Source: Tubiluchus corallicola (Eukaryota; Animalia; Priapulida). Taken from it: DNA of 64,000 nucleotides. The position numbers and the translations under genes are program-made. Under the pieces are notes generated by a model. It saw only the letters and a list, made by a program, of their open reading frames with translations, ran no database searches and was not told the DNA's origin. Positions 13,015 to 28,680 of this stretch are shown piece after piece (the stretch's first letter is position 1; each line of letters starts with the position of its first letter). Where the stretch lies: contig JAQGDQ010000287.1 in assembly GCA_030141605.1 (NCBI GenBank), positions 62,001 to 126,000 of the forward strand. Direction: 5' to 3'.

Positions 13015-13390
13015 TGATGACCTAGTGATCTAAAACATCAGGCGTGTAAACGGAACGTCACTGGTTCAAATCCAGGCTGTAACATTTCTTGTCGTTTTAA
13101 ATTTGGTATAAAAATAGCATTAGTTGTGGGTTTGTACGATCACAGATTTATACGTGTAATTCCAAGGTGAAGTTCATCTGCAGTTAATTAGACGTTCATT
13201 ATGTACATATTATATACACATTTATGCTGCTGTACTAAGGCCTCTCCTCTACGAGGTAAATGACCTGAATCAGCATGGCAAATTAAATCTCCTAGAGCCA
13301 GAATCCGAAGCAGTTCATCTAGACAAAAGTGATCAGAATCAACGCCAGTCTTAGCCCAACAACACTAACCACTGAACTACGTACCTCGCA
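13015..13390. mobile_element. Two degenerate tRNA-derived SINE relics (plus ~13015-13085; minus ~13250-13385)
   Basis: Plus: TGACCTAGTGAT...GGTTCAAATCC. Minus: TAGTTCAGTGGTTAG. Similar heads occur near 16470, 36985-37045 (minus) and 53395. Confidence 0.45.
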
Positions 13391-16300
13391 TATAATGCTG
13401 AATTACTTGTCTAAATGTTCCATCATTCGTTTCATACTTCACTCCCATGTTGCTTTTTTTGACATTCCATCATTCGTCTCATTGCACATTGTTCTCTTCA
13501 TCCTAATATTTCATCATTCGCTCAACTGCACTCTTCACTCAGATGCTTTTGCACTGAAGTTCAAAGTCATTCGTCTATTCACCGACCGAACTCGGCGTTG
13601 CCTAGCTTCGGCCACTAAGCACACACAGTCACCACACGGCTATTCACCTTCCCACGAGGAGGCAGTGAAAAGTAACGTTTTTATTGGAAACGTTCTCGCT
13701 TGCAGCCATGTGCAAGAAGCGATGAAATAATTTTGATTCATGTGGTGACTAGGGTGAGATAGAAAGTAATATATATATCATATGATGGCATCATAAATTT
13801 GTTTATTACCTCGTTTATACGAGTTTTCAAGCAACGCGGCTGAAAAGTGTTTTGCATGTCACGACAAAGAGGCGGCAGCTGAGCTCTGTGTATAGGCGAA
13901 CGAAGCTTGTAAGAATAGCAAGCGTAGGCGTACAAAAACGAAAGATCTGGGCTCGATTCCAGGCCTCTGTAAAATTTTTAGTCTTTAAGGTAATGCTGAC
14001 CGGTAGAGGTAAATAAAGTATTTGATAATTATAGCATGACAAACACGCTATACTTTCTGGGAGTTGGTTTCCTTTTTTTCACGCCAGAAAGCACCACCTG
14101 CTTGCGTTGTTGTTGTCCTTGTTCTTGCGGAAAGCCTGCTCTAAAGTGACTGTTACAGGTCGCGCTTTGTTGTTTTCAAAATGCGTGTTGCATTCTGGGA
14201 TGTTGTAGTTCATTGTCGTAGCCCACTTGAGCTGACTTTATGCTAAACATGATCCCTCGTGTTATTAGTTGCCATTGTACTGTATAACATAACGAATGCA
14301 TCTGACTAATCTTGGGTAGAAAGATAAATAAACTCTTTATCTGCCAATTAAAAACTTACGTATACAAAGTAAAAATACATTGCATATAAGAAATTAATAC
14401 TGCGTATCGGAGTCAGCATACCAGTCAATCATATACAACGTATGCGACTGACTGAATATTGACAATAATATTAAGAGAAAAACTACAATATTATAAAAGC
14501 GCTGAAAATTAACAAAACTACAAAACACAGGTTATTTACAAAATTTAGTTATTTACAGAAATTAAGAGAATACTAAAATGATGAGTATGGACATAATTAG
14601 AGGTGTAATAATCAGTAATATTCTATATAATATGATGTCATGTTTTATTTTGTAACAAGATGAATTCGGGGTACTATGTGAGCTTCTACAAAATGATGGT
14701 AATTCCTCAATTATTGCCAGTTAACTGTGAAATTCAAAAACTGGGGCATCAAAGAGTCTATGCTTTAGTTTGTTATTTATGTCAACCGCTAGAGTCCTCT
14801 ATTGGCAAGAAACAGAATCCTAAAGCCTAGGCAATTAATGCATCAAGAGGAAATACATTAAAACATTTATTTATTCAGATGATCCGATTCTCCGAATCGT
14901 TAATAGATGCAAGGGAAACGTTCGCTAATCGAATATCGATCACATTCCTCGAACACACGTGCTTATTGATGTAAAAAGCATGAACAAGCCCATTCTGTAA
15001 GAACATAAATCGGAAGACATCTTCTAAAACCACCGGTACCAAAAGTACGCGCAGTTGTCATTTTGTTTTTAATAGAAGTGGGGGCTTTAATTAACAAAAT
15101 TAAATGGGCAATACATTAAAATCTCTCACTTCTGCCTTACAGAGCAAATCATTTATACTTCTGCGTTCCCGTGATCTCAACACCTCGTTTCATCTTTTTT
15201 TCATTAGCTTCATCATTGCTCATTCTATTCTTGTAGTTTTACATCAACATCGAGCACACCATAACCAACTTGTCCCACTCTTTCCCACACCCGCTATTCA
15301 ACAAACAAGTTACAGAACTTTTTTAAATCTTATTCTTACCTATAGAATAATTAACAATTTTTGTAATCGTGTGCCTATGGAACTTATAAGTGATGCTTCT
15401 ACTTCTACTCTCTGAAAGGCTTTTATGTAGGTTATGAAACCTGTTAGCGAACCAGCGCTTGATTAATTGCCCGTTGTACTTATTATAAATGTACTTGTGA
15501 TTGTCGTGTTTTCTTTATTTGTCAAATAAAAATATTATTCAAACTAAAAGAGCGTGTAACAGAAACCAGAATTTATTGTAGAAAGCGTTACTGAATAGAA
15601 TTTTCACCGAGGGTTTGAGTTTGTTCGGATTATGTTGTCAGAAAATCGTCACCCGTACAGACAAGACGCGCCATGATGTCTCTCATCAGCGAAGAGATTA
15701 AATCGAACTACTCATTTCCTCAACCACATAGACGTACTCTTAAAAAGAGAAGAAAGTCCCAGGAGACTGAATGTGATGTGTTCTTGGCGTGATTGCTCTT
15801 GGATGCTAAAAACCTGTCATGTTATTCCTGTGCTTACAAATCGATTTTAGGCCACTGGCTGAGAATTGAACAGCAAGTACATTAATCTTGATTTGGAAAA
15901 AAACACTTAAAGTGAAAGAAAAGCTAATTTAAAAGTATCTCCCAAAAAAATTTCCATACAAAAGTATATCTCTTAGGATTACGCATTTGCGCTTGCCTAT
16001 TAGAATCTTACGTAACTGGAAAACAAAATTCTTAGTAATTTAAAACGTTCGTGCCGATTGGTAAAACGTCACTGGCTCATTATCCCAGATTGTAGCAAAA
16101 ATGTCATTGGTTCACCACAAACATATCAGCAATCTTATTGGCACGATAAAGTAATTTGAATTTTTGCTTAGTTAGTGAAATATGTACTACGAATTCTCTG
16201 ATTATTTTATTATAAAGTTATCTGAACTATCAACTTTTTGGTTTGTACGCTACACGAATGGCATGTTCTTAACATCCACACCAATTACACCAAAAAGCAT

Positions 16301-16589
16301 TCAGTCTCGCGGGGTTTTTCTTAGGGCCAAGTTCGGTTGTCCCCATATCGGGTTGTTCCAAATCCCAGTTAAGCTTTTGCAATCCATCGTCATCATCTTC
16401 ATCATCTTAATTACTATAAGCCTTTTATTGGCATTGTAACAAACCTCATAACTTGGCTAAGATACCTCTGCTGATTCAGTGGCTCATCCTTAGTGGCATA
16501 GACTTTATAATGAGTGAGGTTCCAGTCCCTCCACAGGAATCAAATTTGAATCGGTTCTGCACGAATCCCGCTTGCAGGGAAAAGAAGCA

Positions 16590-17200
16590 TGAAATGAGCA
16601 AAGTGCAATGATGTGAATGATGAAATAGTGGGGTTAGGAATGTTTGGGTGAAGAGTGAAGTGAAGCGAATGATGGACTATTTGAGCCAGGAACGACAACA
16701 TGAAAACGAAGTGTAATGACACAAGTGTAATGGCACAAGTGTAATGACACAAATGTTGGAACATCGAAGTTTGGTTCTCTGGAATATCTGCGTGAAGAGT
16801 GAAGTGAGGCGAATGATGTAATACGTTAGCCAAAAATCTCTGCAAGAAAAGAAAAGAGTGCAGTGATATGAATGATGGAATTTTCGTCGAAAACACACAT
16901 TGAAGAGTAAAGTAAAGGGAATGAAAGAATGTTATAGTCAGATACATGAGCTTGAAGAGGAAACTACGCAATGACATGAATGATGGTATTCTGAAATCAG
17001 AAATATAAGTCTGTGTGAAAAGCGCACTAAAGCGAATGATGGAGTATTTTAGCCAAGAACGTGTTCATGGATAGAACAACCTGCAATAACGTGAATGATG
17101 GAACACGCGAAAACATGTTCTACAAGAAGTAAACAAGAAGTGAATGATAGAACAGCTATAAACAAAGATCAACAAAAATCGCTGCAGTAAATGATGAAAC
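16590..17200. repeat. Degenerate tandem repeat (GTGAAGAGTGAAGTGAAGCGAATGATG core), with an inverted relative at 13410-13550
   Basis: Recurrent GAATGATG / CATCATTC cores in both orientations. Confidence 0.7.
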
Positions 17201-17716
17201 AGTGCACCAGAAAATTCTGGCACGTAGTGACCATAATGTTTGTGAAAAGCGCAATACTGTGAATGTTGACTGAAAGGGGATGCCGGGATATGAGTGATTG
17301 GCGACCGGAAAGGAGGACGTGAAGAGGAAATGTTTAGAATTCGAAACCGAACTAAAGAGAAATCGATTATGTAATCAATACTGAACAGCAATATGAAAAG
17401 TTAGGAAGCCATGGACAGTGTCTGAGTGAACAATTAGAGAAGCCGAATGCCAGAAGGCGTGAGAGATAATTAAACTTATTGACGTCTTGTTGTTGCTGAC
17501 AGTGTTTCATCCATGCATGATTAGTCTGCAAGCCATTTTGCCTAATAAGATGAATGAAACATTCCGACTACAGATGAAACTAACGGGCCCCAACTAATTC
17601 TAAGTGTAAACATTGAGAAAATTTAATCACAGAAAAATTTATTATAAAAAATATGATGCTCAGAAACAACAGCTTCTTTCATCAGTTTCAATAAAGTGAG
17701 CGGTACAAAACGCTAA

Positions 17717-18075
17717 GAGTTCGTTCAGATTAGCAAGTTTCTTCCGCGTATAACTCAGTGTGTTCAGACTAAAAAGCTGCGAGTAACTCTCCGTCAGTAA
17801 GTGCGAGCTGACACTCGTCTCTCTATCGCTGCGAGAGGTGTCAAGAGTCAAGAGTAACTCGCCAAGACGTTAAGAATAGACAGTAACTCGCAGGAAATCA
17901 ACTCCCAGCAATTGTCGTAGAGTTTGCAATAACTTGCCGACAGTAACTCACAAAATAGTTCACACTTGAGAGTTTGCCATAACTTGCCGACAGTAACTCG
18001 CAAGCAGTTCACACTTGAGAGTTTGCCGTCAGAGAGAAAGCTCGCGACAGAAAACTCGCTTGTCTGTACAAGCTA
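17717..18075 (-). mobile_element. PIF/Harbinger-like MITE, copy 1
   Basis: Inverted homolog of 28361-28664, with degenerate TIRs (GTTCAGATTAGCAAGTTT / AAACTCGCTTGTCTGTAC) and an internal ~50-bp tandem duplication. Confidence 0.65.
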
Positions 18076-19579
18076 TAAGTAGTTTATGATAATATGAAGC
18101 AAGTATTTTGCAAGGCAATTTTAGTAAACCGCTGTTTGTTTGTGTTTGAACTGTGGGCAACGTGGTACTTTTTTCAAAAAAAATCTTTTATTTTTTAAGC
18201 TTCCAAATCTTTCAGAGTACTTGGCACAGCTTTTGGTGTTTTTTATTCTTCAATATATATTTATTGAATATAAATATATATATATTTATTTATATTCTTC
18301 AATACACTACAGGCAAGAACTCAGGACTCAAATGCAACTGCAGGATTTGTTCAATGAGTTACTTGTGACATGAATAAATCCTGATTCTTTATCAAGAATA
18401 ACCCTCTTAAGATGAGCCACTGAACTAGCAGAAGCAGCTTCGGTTGCATACATAACTTCCCTCTACGGCGTAAACAGCCACAATCGGCATAGCGAATGAA
18501 ACCGCCAAAAACCAGTATCGAACTCAGGGTGTGCCAAGAGCCACGAACACCGTGAAATGTCAGCATTTTGTCAGCTAAGAACCAATAGTATTTTTTAAGG
18601 TTCCCGCTCGTATCCACTGATGCTGGGATTCTTCTAAGCAAACGAACTTAAGCAGCAATTCAATAGACTTACATTTCGTTGTATAACGTTATATAACGTT
18701 ATATTATGACATCAAGATATAAATACAATTAATCGAAAATTGGTTGGAGTAGAAAGACAGAGTTTAACAAATGCAACAATAAACGCAGTGGTAATGGCAG
18801 TACATTCAAATCCTTGTAGTTAATGAAATGAAAGCAAATTGATTGCAAGCTTAAAGTTTGGTAATTAGGCATATTCATCATTTTTGTGGCTACGCAGAAT
18901 GGTAAGTTTGACTCTCTTTGTCCTTGGTTGCAGATTATGCTAATTCCATGTCTTGCGCTGTGTGTGAATGTGAATCAGTTTAAGCGTAGCGTATATTACA
19001 TTCTCTTATGTAAACATAGTAGATATTAGCAGTAATCAGTAAAAGTGAATAGGAAAAAGTGTGTACTATATTATTATGAATTTGTAATAATGAAAATTAT
19101 TATAAAATACAAAGGAAATTTAATAATATAAAAGTTACTTTAAAATTCCAAAACAAACTTCAGGAAAGTGTGGATATCTCGTGTACAAATGCTCATGGAT
19201 ACGCCTCCAACTTTTCAAAATAATGAAAGGATTATCGAGAATTTGTTTTTCATATCGATTAGCTATGGACGCTCTTTCAGTTTTCATATGCTAAAAACGA
19301 TGATATATGACAATAGCTGTTCGCTTTATTGCACAACGACTATATAGATTAAGCAGCGTTACGTTTCTTAGATATTGATCCTCGTGGAAGTCATTGAAAG
19401 TGCCCAGCTTTAATGAAGAGTCTTGGAATAGCATCCTTCCTTCTACAATTACTACAGTAATGCGTGGGTATGAGCTTCAGTACATTAATTATAAGCATTA
19501 TCGAATTAATGTTAGACTTCGATTTAATGATGGCATCAATTTTATTCGCTAAATAAGGGAGTGTAGAGTATTATATAAC

Positions 19580-19694
<115 letters not shown>

Positions 19695-22600
19695 TTAAGG
19701 AGAAGAAGAAGAAGAATATTCTTTATTACAATTATTACACACAAACTTTACTGTACATACTGTAAATATGTACAACATAGATATACGTAAAACTTTCGTG
19801 TACAATCAGTCGGACGCCTGATAAATGCAATATCGTCTCTACTAAATCTACTTTATAATCTACAATCATTAATTAATTTCTACTTAATTTTAACATTCAC
19901 AAAATACTAACATTGCAAAACAAAACAAAAAATCACATTTATACACACGAATAAAAAAAACAAAGTAACATCCATAAATTTTACAACAGAACAACCGTTG
20001 AATATTAATTGCACATTGAAAGCAGAAAACATACATCTAGAAATTGAATCGTTCTTTTTTGGTTAAGGCTTCGCCTAAATCACTGCTCATCTGAGTGTTG
20101 TTCTTGTTAATGTTATTGGGTGATGAGCTTTTTCAAAATGGCCTAAGGCTCCCCAAACGTCACTCGCATGTACTAGAACAAATTCTGCATCGACTGACGG
20201 ATTCAGGTTCTCGATTTCAAGGTGGCGGCAATTTATTAATTAGTTATTAAATTTCTTTCTTACAAAAAGTACAGTTCCAATATTAGAATTAACACATACA
20301 AAAAACATGTGAAAACATCGTCGAAAAGTTATAAAAACTAGCAAATATAAACATATTTAAAAGAAAAAATTAATTTGTAGGTAAATAAACATCATTTTTG
20401 ATATTTGCTCACAACAAATTTTTGTAAAATTGGACGAATTGCGAACTGTTAGCCAATGGCAGCCTGGCATGACCTACTGAATGCTCTCTTTTTATTTAAA
20501 TCATTATATTTTGTAATCATTTTTGTTGTTCAGTAATTGAAAATTGAACATTTTACAAATTTTGAAATTAAGTCGTAACAGCAACAACAAACAGCACCAG
20601 CAGCAGCACTATCATCACCATCACCATCATCAGCAGCAGCAGCGACGACGATGACGACGACGACAACGACGAGAACAACAACAACAACAACAACCACGAC
20701 GACGACAACAACACAAACAACAACAAACAGCAACAACCGCCGCAGCAACAACAATTCGACCATTAAATAATGGAAGCCCATAAAAAATCGGAGTTGCAGT
20801 TACGTATCCTGTGGTATTTAATTGCTAGCATTTGCACACAAATTATTTCAGCACTTTTACGATGAGGACGACGATGACGACAACAGAAACAATAATGCGG
20901 ATGGTTATTGCCGGAACGGAATCTTGCTCATTATCAAAGTAGAGGTGTCTTACACTTGATCATTTGGGTTAGATCCTCCCTCAACGGATAAACAACAAGA
21001 ATCCGTCCACAAGTACACAAACAGGACTACCGGCAGAGTGGGTAATTAATTCTGTGTTCACCCATCCATTTACTAACTAATATTGGGTTGCCGACCTCTA
21101 AGCGGTTAATGTCGACTTCTAAGCGGTCTATTCTACTACGTCATAAACAGAAATGTATTTAAGACTTTACAACTTTTATGGAACTATGAACTTAAAACAA
21201 GCAAAAGGCAATTAAATTTTACAAAATGTTTAATAACTTGACATTACTATTTTCGTTAGGATGACCATCATCACACGTTTTTAGCATTTTTCAGATAGGA
21301 AATGGTTGGCTGAACATTCACTTGTTTTTGCGGTTAAGTAACGCCAAGTTTAGTACGTTTTAGTGGCTTTGCGAAAACCGTGAAAGTTGCTAACCAAAAG
21401 TTTACGACTATGACACAACCACGATTTCGTAGGACAAAACAAGTTAGAAAACAAAATTTGGATAACGACGACATCACTCACAAGTTTTAATAGATGATAA
21501 CCGCATTTCTAAACTTCGGCTAATCTATTATTTTATTCTATTATTATTTTTACCTAGATCATCCAACACTTTTGTTTTTTAAAGACGTGTAACACGATTT
21601 TAATAGGATTTAACCAGCGTAAGCGTCATGGCCTCCTTGTTGTATTTCCTTCTTCCAGCTCCATGATATTTGATTTTTATGTATTTTGTTATGAACTTTG
21701 TGTGGAAGATAGTGCAAATAAATAAATAACTAAATAAATAAATGATGATGATTAAGCTTATATTTTAAGATACATGTTTACATAAATGAGCTTCTAGTTG
21801 TAGGCAAAGTTAAACTTAATTATAAGTACCACATTTATGATCTTATATTAGTAAGAGAATGTTAAATACACGATATTACTAAGATTGTCAAAAATTATAA
21901 TCAGGAAAATATATTCCTGCTAATAAAATTCTTACGTAATATGTCATATCGTTAAATCAACCCGGAACCGAAGTTTCTCATTTTGATTATAAAAAAATTT
22001 GCATCTATGTGAGCACATCCATGCCTAGTTTGTATATGAGTTACATCAGTGAAAAATTCTGTACAGCAATAAAATAAATTCGTAGTTTTGCATCAAACAA
22101 CGCATAAATAAAAAATGTGTTAAAGATCGCCAGTCTAAGTTATCACTTTAGTGGTAAACGTGGAAAAGCGGAAAAGTAGAAGTGGAAAAGCTTCTTCAAA
22201 TTTCGGTGATCTGCCAAACAAGCTGCAGTTGATGGTTCGAGAAGAATGTGAGAAATCACGAAGCGGTCATTGCAAGACAAGCTGTTCATTGATTTTTCTT
22301 TTCAGAAAAATTTCAATCTCTCTGAGAAATTCGTATTTACTATCGATCAGTTTGTAAGGGAATGGTTTACGTCATTTGTGATTTAAATCAAATCTTGAGG
22401 GGGAGAGGGGCAGAGTGCGAAAGGTGCAAAGAGGGAGCACACGGTGCCTTGGTTTCACCTGCCAGATAAGAGGATAGAAAAACAGTCAGTGAGGAATTTC
22501 ATATTCCGTAAAGCGGAGTTGGGAGTGAAGATTCCCATTTAAGAAAGAAAGGCGCTCCGTGAAGTTTCACTAGTTATAATGAGGAAGGGGGTGAAATTCC

Positions 22601-22830
22601 GGTGAGAAAGAGAGCAGAGGTGGCTTTTAAGAAGTTTTGCATCATATAAGAAGGGAGGAGATGCGTTAGTAGGTTATTTCCCGTGCCAAAAGAGAGTGAG
22701 AGTTGTTGCTACAAAGGCCTCACTTATTATTAAAAAGCAATAGAGGTAGTTTCCCCGAAATCCCAAGCGACACAGAGAATGTGCAAAAAGCGTTTTGTCA
22801 GGTTGTACTAGTGTTAAATGCAGGCATTAG

Positions 22831-22979
22831 TGTTAAACACGTATTATGGTGTATGTATGGATTCAGTTATTATTACGTTGAAACAATTACAGTAAAGATG
22901 TGTTAAACACGTATTATGGTGTATGTTTGCATTCAGTTATTATTACGTTGAAACAATTTCAGTAAAGATGTGTTAAACA
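22831..22979. repeat. 70-bp tandem duplication
   Basis: TGTTAAACACGTATTATGGTG...AGTAAAGATG at 22831 and 22901, plus a partial third copy. Confidence 0.95.
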
Positions 22980-23351
22980 GAGTAATAATAATAATAATAA
23001 TGGCATTTTTTAAACTATTTTCGCTTAGATTTGATTGCAGGCACCTGCTATGTGTGTTAACTTTGGTTTAGCGCATTTTTTGCATTTCAGAAAAATCACT
23101 AAATTCAAGGCAGCGAGTTTTTAATTCTGATAATAACTTTTTACTCTCTATTGTGAACTCTGTTGTGTCTTTCAAATCTAAATTTTTTAAATTGTAAAAT
23201 ACAGTCTAAACTTGAAAATGACACTGTAGATTTTAAATGCTTTTAGAATAATTTCGTATTACAGTAATTTCAGTATTTTAGTATATAGTTTTACTCATTG
23301 TAAATATTTTAATTGTATGTTTTGTATGCTTTACTATGCTGAAGTAAATAG

Positions 23352-23367
23352 TAATCAATCAAATCAG

Positions 23368-23438
<71 letters not shown>

Positions 23439-23683
23439 GTCAGTCAGTCAGTCAGTCAGTCAGTCAGTCAGTCAGTCAGTCAGTCAGTCAGTCAGTCAGT
23501 CAGTCAGTCAGTCAGTCAGTCAGTCAGTCAGTCAGTCAGTCAGTCAGTCAGTCAGTCAGTCAGTCAGTCAGTCAGTCAGTCAGTCAGTCAGTCAGTCAGT
23601 CAGTCAGTCAGACAGTCAGTCAGTCAGTCAGTCAGTCAGTCAGTCAGTCAGTCAGTCAATCAATCAATCAATCAATCAATCAA
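23352..23683. repeat. (CAAT)n(CAGT)n(CAAT)n microsatellite
   Basis: Seen directly. Confidence 0.98.
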
Positions 23684-24939
23684 ACAAACAATGTACACAT
23701 GTATCTGCTTATAGAGTAGGTCACATGAGCTTATGACACCTTTTTAGTATATAAAGGGCGCTTGTAAATGATAATGCACTTGGTTGTGCACTTCCCTCAC
23801 ATAACTTAAAACTTCTTACATTAAATAATAGTCATGTTATAGTTGTGCTATTGTAATGTGTGAAATAAATACCATAGTTCACAGTTCATAGTTCATAACG
23901 TGCGTATGCTGTACTGACAAGTTACCGAATAAAATAAGAGAATTATGACGATTTATAAAGAAAGGAAATAATGGTCTCTGTTAGAGACAGTATGCCTTTC
24001 AAATTCGTAGGTTTTTGTCAGCTGACCACCCTCCTCGTGTTTTGTTCTGTTCACGCGAAGTTTTTTCAGTGTGATTAACGCCATGTGTAAGGGAATGAAG
24101 GTATCCTCTCGGGAGTAAGGGAAGGTGTTCTCTCGAGTTGATATTGTCATTCCCAACTTAACTCTACAATGTAGCGGCTTCGTTGTCCCTTCGTTGTAAG
24201 ATTCATAATACTATGTATCATTTTAAAGATTAAGATGTGTGGATTTCAAAAAATATGGTAATATAGATTAAAAATTCAAAATGCATCGTAGGTGGACTTA
24301 ACTTTTTCGCATTCATAATTTCAAAACAATATGTGAAAACATTTGAACGATGAAATTCACTTAATCAGAAGCAAAAATACAGAAATTTGAATAGTCGGAG
24401 GCAATCTTAGACACCATTTTGAATTTTGAACTTACAGCAGTTTAAAAAATGACACCATAATTTTTGTAATTTCACATCCCAAGTTTTAAAATCATATGGA
24501 ACGTCAAGAAGAAAACAGGCAGTCGCAATATATGGCCTCCAATCAATTATAATGCGACTTTATTATACCTCTATGTAAATTAAACATACACTGTGGTCGT
24601 TTCTTCTCTTTTCCTTCTTCCTGTCCCTAATCTTACTATTTTTCCATTACATCATGTCTACTAACCCAAACCATTCTTCCATTCACTCATTTGTCCCACC
24701 TTAACAAGCCAAGCTTTCAAGGTGTCATACAGCAACTCTTTTATTTGGTTAATTTGACTTCATCAACGTTTTTTTACCTATACTGTTTCTTTTTGTTTCA
24801 ATAATATTGTATGTTGATGTATTGTATATGTATTGCTGGAGTGAAATAAATTGATTGATTGATTGAATATGAATTTTCCACGGCATTACACAAGCCCTTG
24901 CCCTTTTACATATTTCGTGAAAACTGCGCATGGCAGTGA

Positions 24940-25384
24940 TGTCACTTACATGCTGTCTTATTGCATAGAGAGCTTGTGTATTAGCAACAAGATCAACATA
25001 ACTATATAAATAAGACATGTAACCTGTAAATTTTACAAAAACAAGCTATATAAAACCTATAAATTTAAACTCCCGCATAACCGTTGGGAGCAGCCATTTT
25101 AACATGCACTTGCATACATTTTGGAAAAATAATCAGAGCATTTGTAGCAAACTCTTCACTCACAAAGCGAAAGTTTAAATTCCTGCATTTTATCAACATG
25201 ATCAATAATGTAATGTTTTTGGTGAACCAGAGGTGCACACTGGGATAGCGATGCAGGCGGGGTGAATATTTTAAATTGTTAAAGTTACGTAAGTCTAAGT
25301 CTTTCAAAGAGGTGAGTGTAAGTAACATAACTTTAAGAAGAGAGCTATGGGATATACTTTAAAATTCCATTTTCTTACCCTTAA
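24940..25384 (+). mobile_element. TTAA-flanked (Kolobok-like) element, copy 1, 5'-truncated
   Basis: Homologous to 27399-27923; ends TTTCTTACCC|TTAA. Confidence 0.6.
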
Positions 25385-25629
25385 AATAAGACGTTCCTAG
25401 TTTGGATCACCGAGCAGCTAGCGCAACGTATTTACGAGCTTAACTTGAGTCTTATTGAATCCTACTCGATCCTGAGAGCTTGATTGACCGACGAGTGATT
25501 CATTACCATTCAAGAACGTCGATTAGCTTACCAGGAATAGGATTATCACTGATTGCATCAATAGAGGTACTTAGGATACCATGCAGAATGAAGCCGAACA
25601 TGTCATAATGATGGTTTATTGAAACTGTG

Positions 25630-26641
<1,012 letters not shown>

Positions 26642-27398
26642 TACTTTATCCTCTGGTAAGTGCAGGAATGTCTGTCATAATTTCGGTTTTCTAGCAATTT
26701 TAGATTTTATCATCTCACCACTGCCCTCTAGCGTTCAGTATGGCGTCAGCTCAATGTTAATGTATGAGTGACGTCACAATGCATTATCTCCATAGATGCA
26801 TTAAAATGCTTACGGGTGAGTCACGCGTTGAGATTAATGGAAGACAACCCACTTATTTAAGCTTTCCATGAAACAAGCCAAGAAGCCAATGGAAGACAAA
26901 TTGCTCACGTGGTTGGAATGCACACAAAAATACCCGAATGGACATCTCTAATTATTCGGGAGGGTAGCAAAAGAACGTACCGTTTGACGGCAGAAGATGG
27001 ATAGTGTAATGTCATTGGTCGGTTAATACGCGCCATGTGATGAAAAATACCTAATTTTGAATGATACCGAAAATTCTTCATAGTCCTGGTATCCGCGAGT
27101 CAACAATTGGCTACCTGCCATCTTAAAAAGGCTTTATTACCTTGGTAAATGTTATCTTTCCTGTACAAGTCATAAACATGGCTTCTATGTAAGAAATTTC
27201 TCCTGAAGTAATGTGCTGGTTATTGCAAGGTTTCGGCTTTCAGAAGAAGTGTCAGCAGACGCATCAAGGGTACCTTGAGAGCCACAAAGAAGTTGTGTTA
27301 TTCACAAGTTATATAGATATCAGTTTCTAACAGCGAAACGTGCAGATTAAGCATAATCTAATTTGCACAGCAGATTCGTTTTACAGCAGTAAAATAAC

Positions 27399-27923
27399 TT
27401 AAAGCACAAGAAAACTGTTCGATTACTTAAAGTAAAAATCATCTTGAAATTTTGTACCTGCTACTTACTGCCATGTTGCACACAGAGCTTGTATTAGCAA
27501 CAATGCTGCATAAGACTTGTAAATTTAACTCCAGCGATGACCGTTAGGAGCAGCCATTTTGACGGCACGTATTTTGAAATAAGTTTAGATTACAATGCAC
27601 AGTTTGAAAAAATAACCAGAGCATTCGTAGCACACACTTTCACTAACTAAGCAAAAGTATAAAATTACTTTATCCTGTAATAAAACAATAAGATTAATTG
27701 GTGAGTTAGTGTTACACACTGGGATGGTGAGTCAGTGGGGTTTTACCAGTTAGAGCCAACAGTTTAAATTACAATGGATTTTCTTTTCTTCATACATATG
27801 TAGTTACAATTCCTTTTGTATGTAGTTACATAAGTTTTTAAAACAGGTAAACGTAATGCAAGGTATTATAACTTTGTATGGAAAATTTTACGCACTTTAA
27901 AATTGCCCTCCTTTACCCTTTAA
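27399..27923 (+). mobile_element. TTAA-flanked (Kolobok-like) non-autonomous element, copy 2
   Basis: TTAA|AGCACAAGAAA ... TTTACCCT|TTAA; shares GCAGCCATTTT and GAAAAATAAYCAGAGCATT blocks with 24940-25384 and 49912-50384. Confidence 0.65.
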
Positions 27924-28049
27924 ATATTCTGTTTGGGGGACGCAGCATTTTTGCAATTAGTTAAAACTTTGTCATAGGTGACAAAAAGTAAAAAAATAAA
28001 TAAAAGTGAAGGAAAAGCAAGAAATTTCGCTTTTTAATGCCACCCTGAA

Positions 28050-28680
28050 ATATGCCCGTTAAATGGATCAGCCCTACATACATTGTTACATTGTAGTGGC
28101 TTCTTTCGTGATTTTTCATTTCCCTAAAGCGGCCCTCAAATACACCCGTATTTTACCTGATGAATGGGACTGCCCTCTACATTGTGTTGGCTTCTTTCAT
28201 TCTAATGTATGAATGGATTTGCCCCAATAATGCGTATTCTAAATTTTTCTGAAAAAAACGAAGCATGACAACGCTAAACGCTTCCCGTGATTTTCTTGTG
28301 GAAACCATTAACTTAAGAAATGAGCAAGTGGGACGCGCGCGCCGGATCCAGGTACATTAAGGTGCATTCACACTAACGAGTTTTCTGTCTCGAATTTTCT
28401 CTCTAACAGTAAACTCCCAAGTGTGAACTACTTTGCGAGTTACTGTCGGCAAGTTATTGCAAACTATTCGGCCGTCGTTGTGAGTTGATTTACTGTCTAA
28501 TGTGAATGCGACGAGTTACTCTGGACACGTCTGGCAGTGAATAGAGAAGAGAGTGTCGTCAGCTCACGCTTACTGTTGGAGAATAACTGGCAGAAAGTTT
28601 TGCTCTCTAGTCTGAACACTCTTGCGAGTTACTTGGCGAGAAAACGCGCTAGTCTGAACACGCCGTTACTCATTCTGTTC
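28050..28680 (+). mobile_element. DINE-1/Helentron-like element, copy 2 (3' part, split by a MITE)
   Basis: CCGTTAAATGGATC...CTTCCCGTGATTTTCTT...GGATCCAGGTACATTA|MITE|CTCATTCT. Confidence 0.55.
28361..28664 (+). mobile_element. PIF/Harbinger-like MITE, copy 2, nested in a Helentron-like element
   Basis: TAA|GGTGCATTCACACTAACGAGTTTTCT ... AGAAAACGCGCTAGTCTGAACACGCC|GTTA. The superfamily is inferred from the termini. Confidence 0.7.

Noticed and set aside
21056-21079. 5S rRNA-like motif on the minus strand (GTTAGTAAATGGATGGGTGAAC)
   Set aside because: Only ~24 nt resemble 5S; at most a SINE fragment.
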